Source: Basidiobolus meristosporus CBS 931.73 (taxonomy: Eukaryota > Fungi > Basidiobolomycota). From it: a DNA stretch of 36,643 bases. The position numbers and the translations under genes were made by a program. The stretch is taken from NCBI GenBank assembly GCA_002104905.1, contig MCFE01000779.1, forward strand, positions 1-36,643, given 5' to 3'. Positions 18,600 through 30,550 of this stretch are shown here, piece by piece (within the stretch, counting starts at the first letter, position 1; every line of letters begins with the position of its first letter). The notes below the pieces were generated by a model that saw only the letters and a program-made list of their open reading frames with translations, searched no databases and was not told the origin of the DNA.

Positions 18600-21348
18600 C
18601 AAACATGTATATCTGCCACAATTGACATACTTCTATTATCTCAACTTTGCAGCTTTTTATTGTGATACTTCCAAAGTTGCCATATACCTTGTACTGCTGG
18701 TAACATATGCATCTTGCAAACATATGCTTGGTTGTTGCCACTTCTGCCATAAATACCTCCTGAATATCCACAATGAACTGCTTGGTATTTTGCCAATATA
18801 TTCCTTGTCCCTGCTGGATTCTGGTCCCCATTATAGGTACTCTCTAGCTTTTGTTTGTGTGAATTTGGTATTAGACTTGTTCCATTGTGCCAATGATCAT
18901 AGTGCCAGAAAGTGCTGTATATTATGTTATTAATTTGATATTTTAGGGTTATATACATGTCAATTTTGATCCCAAATTGGCACTGTATGGCTAGTCACCC
19001 TTGTGGGTGCACTCTGGCTCTTGTTTGTGTAAATTCCATATTGAATGATGTAGGAGCTGGCTTATGACCAAGAGAAACCTGGCATACTTTGGTAGAGCTT
19101 TCCTAATAAAAATTAGCTGCTTGTTGCTCCCAGCCCAACTTTGCATTGCTTGACTGATTATCCACACATTGTGGCTGCTTAGCTTCTCAATTCCATAGGC
19201 ATAGGTGTCTCCATGATCACATCTTTCCTCAGTATTTTCCAAACCTTCCTGGCTTTCCACTATGTACCAGCTTGTCACATCCATCACAGACTTGAAGGTA
19301 ATCTTCTTGATGAGATTGAGATATGGTAGTACCTTCTACTTGACTTGTCTTCCTAACTCCCCATACATCTGCTCCATAGGAAACTCCCAAAAGGTGAAGT
19401 AAGGCCCAATATTCTCCACACACTAATCAAGATGGAGTAGGGAATGGATACAGCAGTGTCAGAAATCTGTGTGTTCAGCTTTATGTTTGTAGTATAGCCA
19501 CTCAATCCTGTTAGAGACTTCGTGCACAACACCTGTAGATGAGTCAAGTTGGCATTGGTGATCTGCTTCTGGATAAGTACTCCTACAATGTCTACATATG
19601 ACTCCCAATGCTTCCATTGTACTCTTGGTGGGAATGGCTTCAGAACACCACCTGAATAAATACAAATCCAGTTCATCCAGTCTTTGCATTTGTATTGTTG
19701 CATATGTGTATGAATATTGATTGGAGCCCATGAGAAGTACCTAGGGTAGCAGATACTCTGTAATATCTTACTAATTCTTTCATATTTCTTCAGTATCTTG
19801 TTGGGCTCATTCAGCCTGAAATGCCCCAGGTACAACTTGGTCATCAGAATTGGGATATTGTGAAAAGCAAATGCATTGCTCTCAGTGGAAAGCTTTTGCT
19901 CCAATAGACACCGTCAATCTTAAGTATCTTTGGTTTCCAATTAATTCCAAATTCCAGCCAATGGCTTAAAGCTTGCCAACTTTGCTGCAACTACATGCTG
20001 GCTTCTGTACATTTTCTCTGCAGACAGATGATGCTCTTGGTGTAGGTCTTTGGGTAATAACAATGTTTGTGAGTTATGGGGTTATTTCCTGGATCTCACT
20101 CATTTAATAGCAATACTGTTCATTGTTATCAGAAAAGCCAGTTATCTTGCTGATGGCTGGGGTATCTGCAATGCAGATAATAATATGCACTTTGACATGA
20201 TTGTCATTTACTGTTATACTGCTGGAAATCATATAAGTTTCATCCAGTAATGGATACAGGTAGCTATCCAGGTTGGATGGTGATTTAGGACCAGATACTA
20301 GTGAAACTACCATCAGATTTTTGCTCTGATACTGTATGAAAGGCAGCCAATTCTGGCTGATGGGAATTGGTGGCCAGCCAGATTTACTGGTAGAGTACTT
20401 GTTTAATGAGAATCCGGCAAGTGCTAAGGCAAAGGCATGGTCATACATACCTTTAAAGTAGCCCTTACTTCTTACCTATGTGTGATGTTTGACATCATGT
20501 ATCTTGGATATTTTTGCACTTGATTGATGCTGAGTGTGGTGCTTTATAGCTTGACAATATTTGTTGGACTGCATGAGCTTCTTTGGACAGGGTATTAATG
20601 GAATATATCCAGAGTGTGAGCAATGTTTTCCCTCAATGGTGGTAGATTCCCAACAATTTGTACACATTGCAATGATGGCATTTTGGAATGTGAGTGCCAT
20701 GCAAGTGTTAACACATGCTGGAATCAAGACATTCTCTGGGTTGTATGCTGCCAGCTGCATGATGGTTGTCCACTTGTACCATGTACATAGTAAGTGGCAT
20801 CCTAGAATAATTGTGACAAGAAGTAGTAGTAAATCCTTAAAGCCCCCATAACTGATATTTGTGGAAACGCACCACTTCTCTAGCCACTACATTACATCTT
20901 TTACCAGTAGATGGATTACCAGGCATACTTGACTCCATACAGTATCCTGGGCATTTGTTTCCGCCAGTGTTGTCTCATTGCATATTGGAATATGAATGGG
21001 CTCATGCAAGGTACTGTTGTTAGGGGAGATAGACTCACAATCAATTAGTGAGCCTTCTTTGCCAGAGCTATCACTCTGTGTGCCATAATCAGAAGGCTAA
21101 GGTAAGCCTAAAGGCATCAAAAACTCATCGGACTCAGCTTGCGCAAGGTTACATAGACAGCCAGGTGCCAAAATAGAAGTATCAGCTGGCTGCCAGGATA
21201 ATGCTAGTACAGTGGTGACTGATGAATAATCAAATATGAATTGTGTGGTGAAACACTGGCTGTGAACCTTGTAGTACTTCCTATGCTGTCTGTGTGCTTC
21301 AAGGCTGAGAGGCTTGCTACAATAGCCAATGGTCTTTTTTCTCTTCAC
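18600..21348 (-). pseudogene. CACTA/EnSpm transposase (tnp2 family) pseudogene
   Basis: ACVNTCMAL..CTNC..YIPLIP; HAFALALAGFSLNK..SGWPPIP..NLMVVSLVSGPKSPSNLDSYLYPLLDE; IICIADTPAISKITGF; KCKDWMNW..WKHWESYV. Many stops and frameshifts. Confidence 0.85.
18873..18990 (+). mobile_element. Truncated left-end fragment of the PHIS/MITE family inserted in CACTA copy 2
   Basis: ATT|AGACTTGTTCCATTGTGCCA, 19/20 identical to the left end of 9299-12635; absent from CACTA copy 1. Confidence 0.75.
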
Positions 21349-21745
21349 TTATGGTATTGAATCAAAGTAGTCATGTCCATTGGGCAAACAGCTTGACCTT
21401 CTGCAACATAACACTATTATATCACTTTTTGGTCAATACTCATATGAGTTTAAGACAGTCTTGTATTTGAAATATTGTACCTACATGAATGCAAGATTCA
21501 ATGATGACCTGCCAAAGTAAGTATTATAAGTTAAGTTGTGGCATAACATACCCATGTATATGTAGCACTATTTCCCCTTTGGTTTGACTCACTTCCATAT
21601 ATATACTGCCAAAAAATCAAGCAAAGTGGTCTGGTGCCCAGCCAAGCCCCACTGCTCACAACTGCAAAAGAACAGTTGGACAACAGCTTGCTTTTATGCT
21701 CAGTGCAACAAGCAGGGCTACATCCAAAAAAGGCCATGTTGAAGT

Positions 21746-22390
21746 GTGCCCATTGAAGGTAATAATGTGGACTCCTCAGGTGCTCAATCAAGAAGTCAGT
21801 TGAGAACCTCTGCAGAGCCACAAGCAGACTGTTATGCTCAGGCCAATGAGAGTGCAGCAAAAGCAGTACCTTCAGTTGAAGACCAGCAAGTGGCTGTCAT
21901 AACATCACCACCACCCATATTAGCAAGTATGTTGTCAGCTCATACCAAAGCATTGAAGAAGCAAACAGGTGCAGTTGCTTATAGGATAGATGCAATGGCC
22001 CACAGAAATCAAGAAATAGTCCCAAAACCGGATGAGCAGATAATATGTGTAGAGCAATCAATATCCCAGGTAGAGAAAGCAGTATCTTGGGTGCAAAGAA
22101 GGAACCCAAGTAGCCCAATTTCACAGCAAAGAATTAAGTTCTTTCCCAATGTTACAGCAGATGGACACTGTTCAGTACTTGAAGCACAACAACAGTGCTC
22201 CAGAATAAAGTCTACCAAAAAACCTACAACAGCATGGGAGGGCAACAATGTGGTGTTTGCTCCAAAGCCTAAAAATCAAGAGACATTGAAGATCCATGAA
22301 GTCATTGAGTGCAATAGTGAAGCATGGGCTAATATTCAAGCAGTCATCAGTGGTCTAGCATGCCATCACCTTGAGGCCAGCATACCATGA
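21746..22390 (+). CDS. Accessory ORF of the CACTA element (214 aa, unknown function; decayed continuation to about 23512)
   Basis: Open frame conserved at peptide level with copy 1; downstream frames 22613..23035 and ...VNDEWHKAFGFLPESW* (stop 23510-23512). Confidence 0.6.
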   Translation: MPIEGNNVDSSGAQSRSQLRTSAEPQADCYAQANESAAKAVPSVEDQQVAVITSPPPILASMLSAHTKALKKQTGAVAYRIDAMAHRNQEIVPKPDEQIICVEQSISQVEKAVSWVQRRNPSSPISQQRIKFFPNVTADGHCSVLEAQQQCSRIKSTKKPTTAWEGNNVVFAPKPKNQETLKIHEVIECNSEAWANIQAVISGLACHHLEASIP

Positions 22391-23989
22391 GACCATCAGG
22401 AACCCAAGGCCAAACAGAATGCACTTGACTTGTTCCATGAGCAATATCCTGAATTCAAACATGCAAACATATTTTGGGCCAGCATTGGTATGCTGAGAAA
22501 GTATCTTAAGAATAGCAGTATCTATCAAAGGCAGAAGAACAAGGGTTCCATGGCTTAAAACCTGTGGCTTACTCAAGAGCCTGTGACTAGCAGGGCTTAA
22601 AGCTCCATATAAGTGTCAAAGAGACAGCAGGTAGCTGGGAGAGTGCCAATAAGGGACAAGCAGGCAGACACAGATGCACCAGCACAAAATTTTTCAAGGA
22701 AAAAGTGTAGTGCTACTCAAGTAGCCCTCAGTCAAAGTAGCAGTGAAGGACCTGGCCATGATAAAAGCCAGCAAATTTCTCACAAGCCCATCACAACTAC
22801 AGCTGAGAGCTCAAAACAAGCGGTCAAGAAGCATCAGATTGCCAGAAGAGTGCCAGTTAGGGGCAAGGTCAAAACTAATGTGTCAGAGCAGTATTTATCA
22901 AGGAGAAAATGTAGCTCATTGCAAGAAGCAGCCAGACAAAGTAGCCATGAAAGACCTGGCTGTGATAAAGGCAATGGTAACAGGAAAAATGTCCACCAAA
23001 GCTTGAGACAGGGAAGCATGCAAACAAGACTGTAATTCTTGCCAATTAATGCTGTGAGCTAGGAACAGACTGAATCTCATTGTAGCCAAGAAGAATCACC
23101 AATATGAAAACAGCTGTTTTCTCAATAGTTGGAAGCACAGGCAGTTGAGCTACACTTCAGCATGGTATATGAGTTTTCAGAGAAAGGCAATTTGTTTACC
23201 ACAGCCTGTGCATCTTCCAGAGTTGACAGAGTGGAGATCCCATTAACAGACAAGGCTACAATGTTAAGGACTCAAAAGACTATGACAATGCCTTCAGTAA
23301 AATTTTGGAACATTAAGAGCCATACCAGGAGGTTGTAACATTTCTTCAAGAGCAGTGCTCAAGAAAATACACTGGAATATTGCAAGGACTTATTGCAAAA
23401 ACTGGCAGATGAGGTGCTATACCTCAAGGTGGCAGCTGAAGACCAGGATGTGCTGGAATCAGTGAATGATGAGTGGCATAAAGCCTTTGGGTTCCTGCCA
23501 GAGTCATGGTAACAGAGCATTGCAGCAGAAATACTGGTTGAGTGGTGGATTGTAATGGAGTTACTTGTTGAGTGTGGGGTTGGGCTTAATGTTAGTGTAG
23601 GGTATAGGGATATGATAGGTCAATACAATTGGCAATAGAGGTACAACTGAAGTTTCAACAGAAACAATTCAGTTGATGAACATAAAAAGTAAGAGAAATG
23701 GTAGATTCAGGAACTAAGGAGTGTGAAAAAGAGGCAATAGACAATCAATGTATACAAATGTAAGAGGTGACTGAGTGTTGGGATCAGAAAGTGATTAAAT
23801 TGGCAGGGAACCAATCAAAAGCCACTCAAGTACCAGTATGATGAAAATTTTTAACTTAATTTTGTGAAATCTGGGATGCAGTTATTTTTCAGCAGTCTCT
23901 GCACAGTGTCCTCACAGGATCAGTACCATTGGTCACAAGACTTTAACTCTGTGAAGGCCTTTTAATGGGATAAACACAATAATCTCTTG

Positions 23990-26900
23990 CAGGATTGAAT
24001 GAAAGAACTTGCAAGGAAGTGAACCGTTAGAGACATTAGACTATTGAAGACACCATTAAGATTGCCATTGACTATGACTCAGCTATGTTTGGAGTCATAA
24101 AGCTTGCAGTGACTAATCAGTAAAACTACAATCACTGTGAAAAATGACAATCAGCAGCAGTGACAATTGAAATGGATGCTATGCAGAAGAATTGCAGCTC
24201 AGAAGAATGTAGAAGAAAGGACTTTACTTTTTTTGCCACTAGCAAGGACATCTTGCAAAGGACTGTTCTCAGAGAAGAAATTGACAATACTCAACATGAA
24301 CCTTAAGGTATATTGAAACTCCTGAGCATAGTCTTGTAGGGGATGAGTGTAAAGCTGATTCAACACTTACCTGTTGTATGAAAGAAGAGTGCTTATCCAA
24401 AATTATCTCAAATGCAAGGATGCCATAATACTTGAATGGAACAATCATTGTGGTACCTGCCAAGATTATGATCAACTTAAGAGCCTTATACAAGTATTTG
24501 CCAGACCTATTTGCCAGACCTATTTGCCTTGAGAGCTAGGATTAACTCAGAACCTACCAAGTCAGCTTTGGAATACACATGGACACTACAAGTACTTAGT
24601 CATGAGTTTTTGCCTCAATTATGCCCCTGCAACATTCATGGCCTTGATGCATATCATCTTCCTGGAGTTCTTAGAAAGGATTGTGGTAATCTACTTAAAT
24701 GACACAATAAAGGACAATAAGACAGAAGAGGACCACTTGGTGCACATTGAAAAGATCTCAAGGAAGCCAAGAGAGAACAAGCTATACAGCAAGCTAGCAG
24801 AGTATGAGTTCTACTGGGAGCACATTCAGTATCTGGGTCACAGTGACTAGCACAGGAGTGAGCTTAGACTCAAGAAGGAAGAAGTTATGAAGAATCTGAG
24901 GCAGCCCCAGAGCATTTCCAAGCTCATATCATTTCTCAGACTGGTTTTCTATTATCATAGATTTGTCAAGTCCTTTGCAAGTATTGCAGCCCCTTTGACT
25001 GATATCCTCAACAAAGACAACACCTTAAAGTGGGTCATAGCCTGTGATACTGCATTTCAGATGCTTAAGAATGCACTTGCCAAGCTGCCAAGCTTAAGAA
25101 TACCTGACTTCAGACAAGAGCTCAATCTCTGCGCAGATGCTGCTAATTATGCTATTGGTGGAGTACTGAGCCAAGGACAGGAGAGAAAGAAACTCCTAGT
25201 TGCTTTTGAGTCCAAGAAACGGAGCTCAGCAGAGCCAGACTATCCAGCACATGAGAACACAATGCTTGTCATAATACACTACCTAAAGACATGGAGATGC
25301 TACATAGAAGTAGTCAAGTGCACAGTGGAGACTGATCATACCTAACTCAAGTGAATATTTACTCAGAACATACTATCCAGAAGAATGACAAGATGGAGTT
25401 GATACATTCCACAGCTTGACCTGGAGATTGTTTACTGCCCTGGAAAAAATAACAGGGTTGCAGACATGTTATCAAGACCAGAACAAGTTGCACAACTCTA
25501 CCTGGTCATGAGTCCAATTGGTCCAGCCTATTGCCAAAGTTCTTTCCTAATGAGCTGTATGAAGATATCATGATCATTATCCAGTATGAAGCTAGCAAAT
25601 TTGTAGTGCAGGATGACACATTTGACCAAGCTCTTGAAGGAAGCCCTATAGCCTATTGCCCCTAAGTTGCTTGTATGGACTTAGTATACAAGCTACACAA
25701 TGGATGTGGACACTTGGAAACTGAAGTAACCTATAGACTTCTAAAAGCAAGAGCATGATGGCTTAGAATGAAACAGGATATGGATAGGTTAGTGAAAATA
25801 TGCCCAAATTGTCAGAATAGCCAAGTTCAACCATGGAAAATACCTTAACTCTTTCTCTTGGAGCCTGTGAGACAATTTGAGAGATGGGGAATTGACTTAT
25901 TGGTAGATTGCCTACTACTAGAAAATGCAATCAGTAGATTTCAGCAGCAATTGACCATACCACCATATGGCCATTGGCTAGAGCTGTACTAACAGCAAGT
26001 GAACAAGAAGTTGCAAGTTTCATCTACCCCACATTCCTGATGAAGTGTGGATGTCCTTTGGAAATCTTGACTGATAGAGGAGCAAACTTTATTGCAAAAA
26101 CATTTGAAGCATACCTGGAAATGCAGCAGATCAAACATCTGAAAACATTGGCATATCTATGCTTAACCTAACAGTATATCAGTATTATCTATCAAATTAG
26201 TGGTATTAGTCAACAGATGAATAAACACATCTTTGTCAGACAGCTACTGATGTAATAGACTTATTCCGTTGGATAGTGCCAAATTGGGCCATGAGTGCCA
26301 AATGATGCCATAGTGTGCCAGAGAGGCCAAGTGAACCTATAGTTGTCCACAGAGTGTAAAACATAGCTCTGCATCTTCATGCAAAGCAGCCCCTGTGTTT
26401 CACATATGATGCAGAAGAAAATCCATTTTTTGATGTTTTTTGTGTATCAATGTTGTGCAGGATGTGTAAGCGCACAGAAGAGCTGAAGACATGCATCAGG
26501 TACTCATAACCCATGGCACTCTGAATCTAGCTTCTGTGGCTTGTAACATGTCAGAAAACTGCATGGCACTATCTTAGTCCACTGGTACTATCTGGTACTA
26601 TAAGTGCTTTGTATAGATCTTACTTTAGGGCTAATAATTAAATATAGTGCCAGATAGTACCAGTGGACCAAGATAGTGCCATGCATTTTTCTGATATGAA
26701 ACAAACTAAAGAAGCAAAATTCAGAGTGCCATGGTTAATGAGTACCAGATGCAAGTCTTCAGCCCTTCTGTGCTCTTAAGCATCCTGCACAACATTTATC
26801 CAAAAAAATGGTTAAAAAATGGATTTTCTCCAGCACAATGGGTGTAATACAGGGGCTGCTTTGCATGAAGTTGAAGAGCTATCTTTTACACTCTGTGGCC

Positions 26901-27538
26901 AAGTTTAGGTCTACTATGCTTTTCTGGCACTTAATGGCACTATTTGGCACTCATGGCTCAATGTAGCACTTTCCAACAGAACAAGTCTAGTTCATAGGGA
27001 TGCACTGAAGCTTGCAAGTCTTGCTGGCAATACTGTGCCATTGAGATATTGGCACCATACAGGAGCAGATTCAGGGGAACCCACTCCACTCTAGTAGGGG
27101 AGCATATTTTGATCTACTACTTGAGTGTTTAAGCTAGATCAGCTTTAAGTCAAATCAGTTAGTTTGAAGTTAAACCCATTAACATATTGGTGTTGTCTAT
27201 CAGGAGGCACAGGCCATAGTCTCTAAAAGTGCCAAAACAATGTAGCAGAGAGTTGATATGACTATATCACCCAAGGCTTTGATAGTTGGGAGCTTAGTAT
27301 TGCTATGAAACAACACCTGGAATAAGTAAGAGTTATAATGAACAAGACCATTCAAGATCATTAGAGAATGTCCATTTGCAGCTTACCAACTAGTAAGTAA
27401 ACAAGGAAATACCCATAAAGATCTATTCATAGAGAGAGACATACCTTGCAAGACTTACTGACAATGCTGAAGCATCAAGATACTGGTACCACAAGGGAAG
27501 ATATTCAGAAGAGGCTTCTCAGATTTAGTGGGGACAAT
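23990..27538 (+). mobile_element. pol: Decayed, scrambled Ty3/gypsy family C internal region (gag C-terminus, knuckle, RT, RNase H, integrase)
   Basis: DTIKIAIDYDSAMFG; FCH*QGHLAKDC; YKYLVMSFCLNYAPATFM..VIYLND; ADAANYAIGGVLSQ..VETDH; HNGCGH..CPNCQ; LTDRGANF; PFKII near 27350; purine tract GGGGACAA before the LTR. Confidence 0.85.
26257..26988. mobile_element. Fold-back MITE (732 bp): 346-bp inverted arms around a 40-bp spacer
   Basis: Arms 26257-26602 and 26643-26988 are reverse-complementary; termini AGACTT(A/G)TTC; flanks AAT and AGT. Confidence 0.92.
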
Positions 27539-28397
27539 GTTATGATTTGATATGCCAATATTCAAGTCTAATTGGCTTTTAGGCAAATCAATTAGGTTTT
27601 TGTGTAGCCTAGTTGTAAATCAGTATTCTCTATCAAATCAATAGTGTTAGTCAGAGGATGAGCTTGCAGCACCTTATCAGCCAGATACCAATATATTGGG
27701 TAAGATCTAATTGGGTGATGATGATGCACTCAAATGAGTCAGCAGCCCCTGTGTTTCACTCATTGTGATGGAGAAAATTCATTTTTTGACCTTTTTTTTT
27801 GGTCAATATTGTAAAGGATGTGCAAGTGCACAAAAGGATTGAAGATATGCATCTGGTACTCAATACCCATGGCACTCTGAATCTAGCTCCTGTGGCTTGT
27901 AACATGTTACAAAAATGCATGGCACTATTTTGGTCCACTGGGACTATCTGGCACTATAAGTGCTTTGTATTGAGCTTACTTTAGAGCTAATATTTAAATA
28001 TAGTACCCAATAGTACCAGTGGACCAAGATAGTGCCATGCATTTTTGTGCAATGTTACAAGCCACAGGAGCTAGATTCAGAGTGCTATGGGTATTGGGTA
28101 CCAGATGCATATCTTCAATCCTTTTGTGCACTTGCACATCCTTTACAACATTGACCAAAAAAAAGGTCAAAAAATGGATTTTCTCCATCACAATGAATGA
28201 AACACAGGGGCTGCTTTGCATGAAGATGCAGATCTTTGTTTCACACTCTGTGGGCAAGTATAGGCTCACTTGGCCTCTCTGGCACACTATGGCATCATTT
28301 GGCACTCATAGCTCAATGTGGCACTATCCATCAGAACAAGTCTACTTTTAACTGAACCCCCTATTCCTCTACAACCCTAATATCAAGACTTATGACA
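27539..28397 (+). repeat. Gypsy family C 3' LTR interrupted by a MITE
   Basis: Starts TGTTATGAT after the purine tract; resumes after 28343 with CCCCTATTCCTCTACAAC...TTATGACA. Confidence 0.8.
27741..28343. mobile_element. Second fold-back MITE copy, left arm truncated by about 128 bp
   Basis: Same arms and spacer (27959-27998); right terminus GAACAAGTCT followed by ACT. Confidence 0.9.
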
Positions 28398-28995
28398 GGT
28401 GAAATGTCTGAAATATTTGACTCTCTTACCCTCACGTAAGTTTCAGATTATATACATAATATTTGGTATTGGTGCCGCTTAGATCTTGACTGTAAGGGAA
28501 TATGAATATGTTCTTAGATCTCAAAGAAAGTGGTAAATTCAGGACTGTAACTGAGTCCTACCATTACAATGTCCAGTCCAGAGTTGCTGGGTAAGTAATC
28601 AGCTGCTGAAAGACGCAATATAGCTCAATATTTTGACACTCCCCTTGAACTCAAAAATTTCTTGATCCCAATGTATTGCTGGGCTTTGTAAACAGTGGCA
28701 TAGCTAATGGCTTTGATAGTATATATAGAAGCATTTTTTCAGTTAGGTGGTAAACTAAATCTACTAATCTATTTTCTACTGCTCCCCTGACAAGGTTGTG
28801 TTGTATGCATAATTGATTAGCTCTGGCATGATGAGTGGGATTTCTAGCTAGAGAGATAATAACTTGGTCATACTTGCAAATGCAAGTTGATTCTAAAGAA
28901 TTAAAACCTAGGTCATTGAATGCTTCAATTACCATATAGCATCCCAAATTGCTTACAAGCTGCCAGATACTCGGCCTTAGTTGTAGTTGGTGCAA
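28398..28995 (-). mobile_element. Copia family A-like 3' remnant: RNase H, polypurine tract and partial 3' LTR (28398-28638)
   Basis: IWQLVSNLG..DQVIISLARNPTHHARANQLCIQHNLVR..TEKMLLYILSKPL; PPT CAAGGGGAG then TGTCAAAAT; the LTR aligns with 3360-3477. Confidence 0.82.
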
Positions 28996-29532
28996 AGGTG
29001 GTTATCTTTTGCAATTTCAAGTGACAGCTGCAAATAATATAGTAATAAATAGTTAGTTGAAGAATGCCTATCATTGACATCCTTACTGCTATCTGATCAC
29101 TATAACACTAAAGCTTGTGCCTGTGGACAGCTTTAGAGTATTCTAGTTCCATATTTACGGCACCTTTGAATTATGTGAGTGATCTAAATCTTAGTGATTT
29201 AATGCTAGCATTGGCTGAGATTTACTCTATTGCTGATTATTTTCCATAGGAGTTACTGAAGGCATACAATTCTCATGTTGAGGCATCTACAAATGTCCTG
29301 GATGTACTTGAACTGCTTGAGCACAACTTTTGGGGTAGATGTGTGATATATGACTTTGATTGAAAGAAAAAAGCTGAAATATTTGTCTAAATTGTTTGTG
29401 AAATCTGGGATGCAACAAGTCTTTGATGGTCTTTGCATGGCGTCTTAAGGGGATCAATACCTGTTAGTCAGGGGACTTTAAATTTGTGACATCTTTTTGA
29501 CAGGAATATCACAATAACTTTTTATAGGGGCA

Positions 29533-29939
29533 TGTTGCAGTTGTGAAAAGCCTCTAAGCAAATGAATCATGCATATGGAATAGGAAGTATTTGTGTAAAA
29601 ATTTGTAACTTCACCTAAATATTCAGCTTACTTAGTCACTTAGATCATTACCTTCAGATCCTAGAAAATGCTGACCAAATATCTTATTGGGGCTTACTTA
29701 GAGTATTTTCACTAAAACACCAGGTACCCAGAACATGAAAATTCTCAAAGTTGTACAAACAACCCCTGACTTTGCACACATGCTCTTGGGACATTTCTGA
29801 TTCTATTCTGAATGCTTGGTATGCCAAGATCCTGTAAAGGTATAAATACTACTATCACATTCAGTAAATCATTAAGTGAAAACCACATAATCTACTTGTC
29901 CTCCCAATCACTTCAAGTATCTTTAAGACTCCTACAACA
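29533..29939 (+). repeat. Copia family B 5' LTR (407 bp, copy 2)
   Basis: TG..CA ends, TATA-like GTATAAATA near 29840, PBS starting at 29940. Confidence 0.85.
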
Positions 29940-30550
29940 GGTCATGAGCTCTGAGCTGTCACTCTTTGCAATGTCTACTACTGCTATTATTGGAATTTTT
30001 TCCTCTGCTGAATAGTTGGATGAATCTAACTACCAAGTGTGGAAGGTGAAGATGAAGATGCTTCTACAAGAAAGAGGCCTTTGGGAAATTGTCATGGCAG
30101 AAGAATGCCTGCCTAAAAGCCTGGGAGAAGAATTCTTAAAGTACTCAAAGAAAGAACACAGTGCCTTCAACTGCATTTGACTGGACTATAAAGACAAATT
30201 GCTAATTCAATGCTCAAGAGTAAGAATGGTAAAGAATGCCGGGAGAGCATTAGGCAACATCTATCAGTCATATTCAGCTGCTAAGAAAATGTATCTGAGA
30301 CAAAAATTCTTTACTACAAATATGCAGCCAGGAGAAGAATCAAAATCTAATTAACAGAATTACCCTGCTGGTGGATAAGATTGAATCTATAGGCATGCCA
30401 ACTACATTGAGGATGTGATAGTACCATCCTGAATAGCCTGAAAGACAAGTTTCAAGGCCCTGTATCAGCCCTAGAGTCCAGAACTGAAGTTTTGACCTTA
30501 AACTATGTATATGGAAGGCTCCTGGATGAAGAATTAAGAAAATCAAGCAC

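Larger units (their letters stand above)
18050..23512 (-). mobile_element. Decayed CACTA/EnSpm-type DNA transposon, copy 2
   Basis: Transposase_21 (tnp2)-like core and DUF4218-like region on the minus strand, divergent accessory ORF on the plus strand; the distal boundary is not defined and is set at the accessory ORF stop. Confidence 0.85.

Noticed and set aside
3478-22290. Recent inverted segmental duplication or assembly artefact
   Set aside because: The two CACTA copies are substantially diverged, carry different insertions and deletions, and have unrelated flanks, so they are independent old insertions.
24495-24528. Functional tandem repeat (13-bp TATTTGCCAGACC x2.6)
   Set aside because: It lies within a dead RT frame and is best explained as replication slippage.
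26506-26515. tRNA-iMet anticodon-like CTCATAACCC in the MITE arm
   Set aside because: It is only 10 bp, and the equivalent positions in the other arms differ (CTCATTAACC, CTCAATACCC), so it is probably chance.
29395-29430. hAT transposase remnant (minus-strand LLHPRF resembles LDPRF)
   Set aside because: It is a single short motif with no other hAT blocks in frame.
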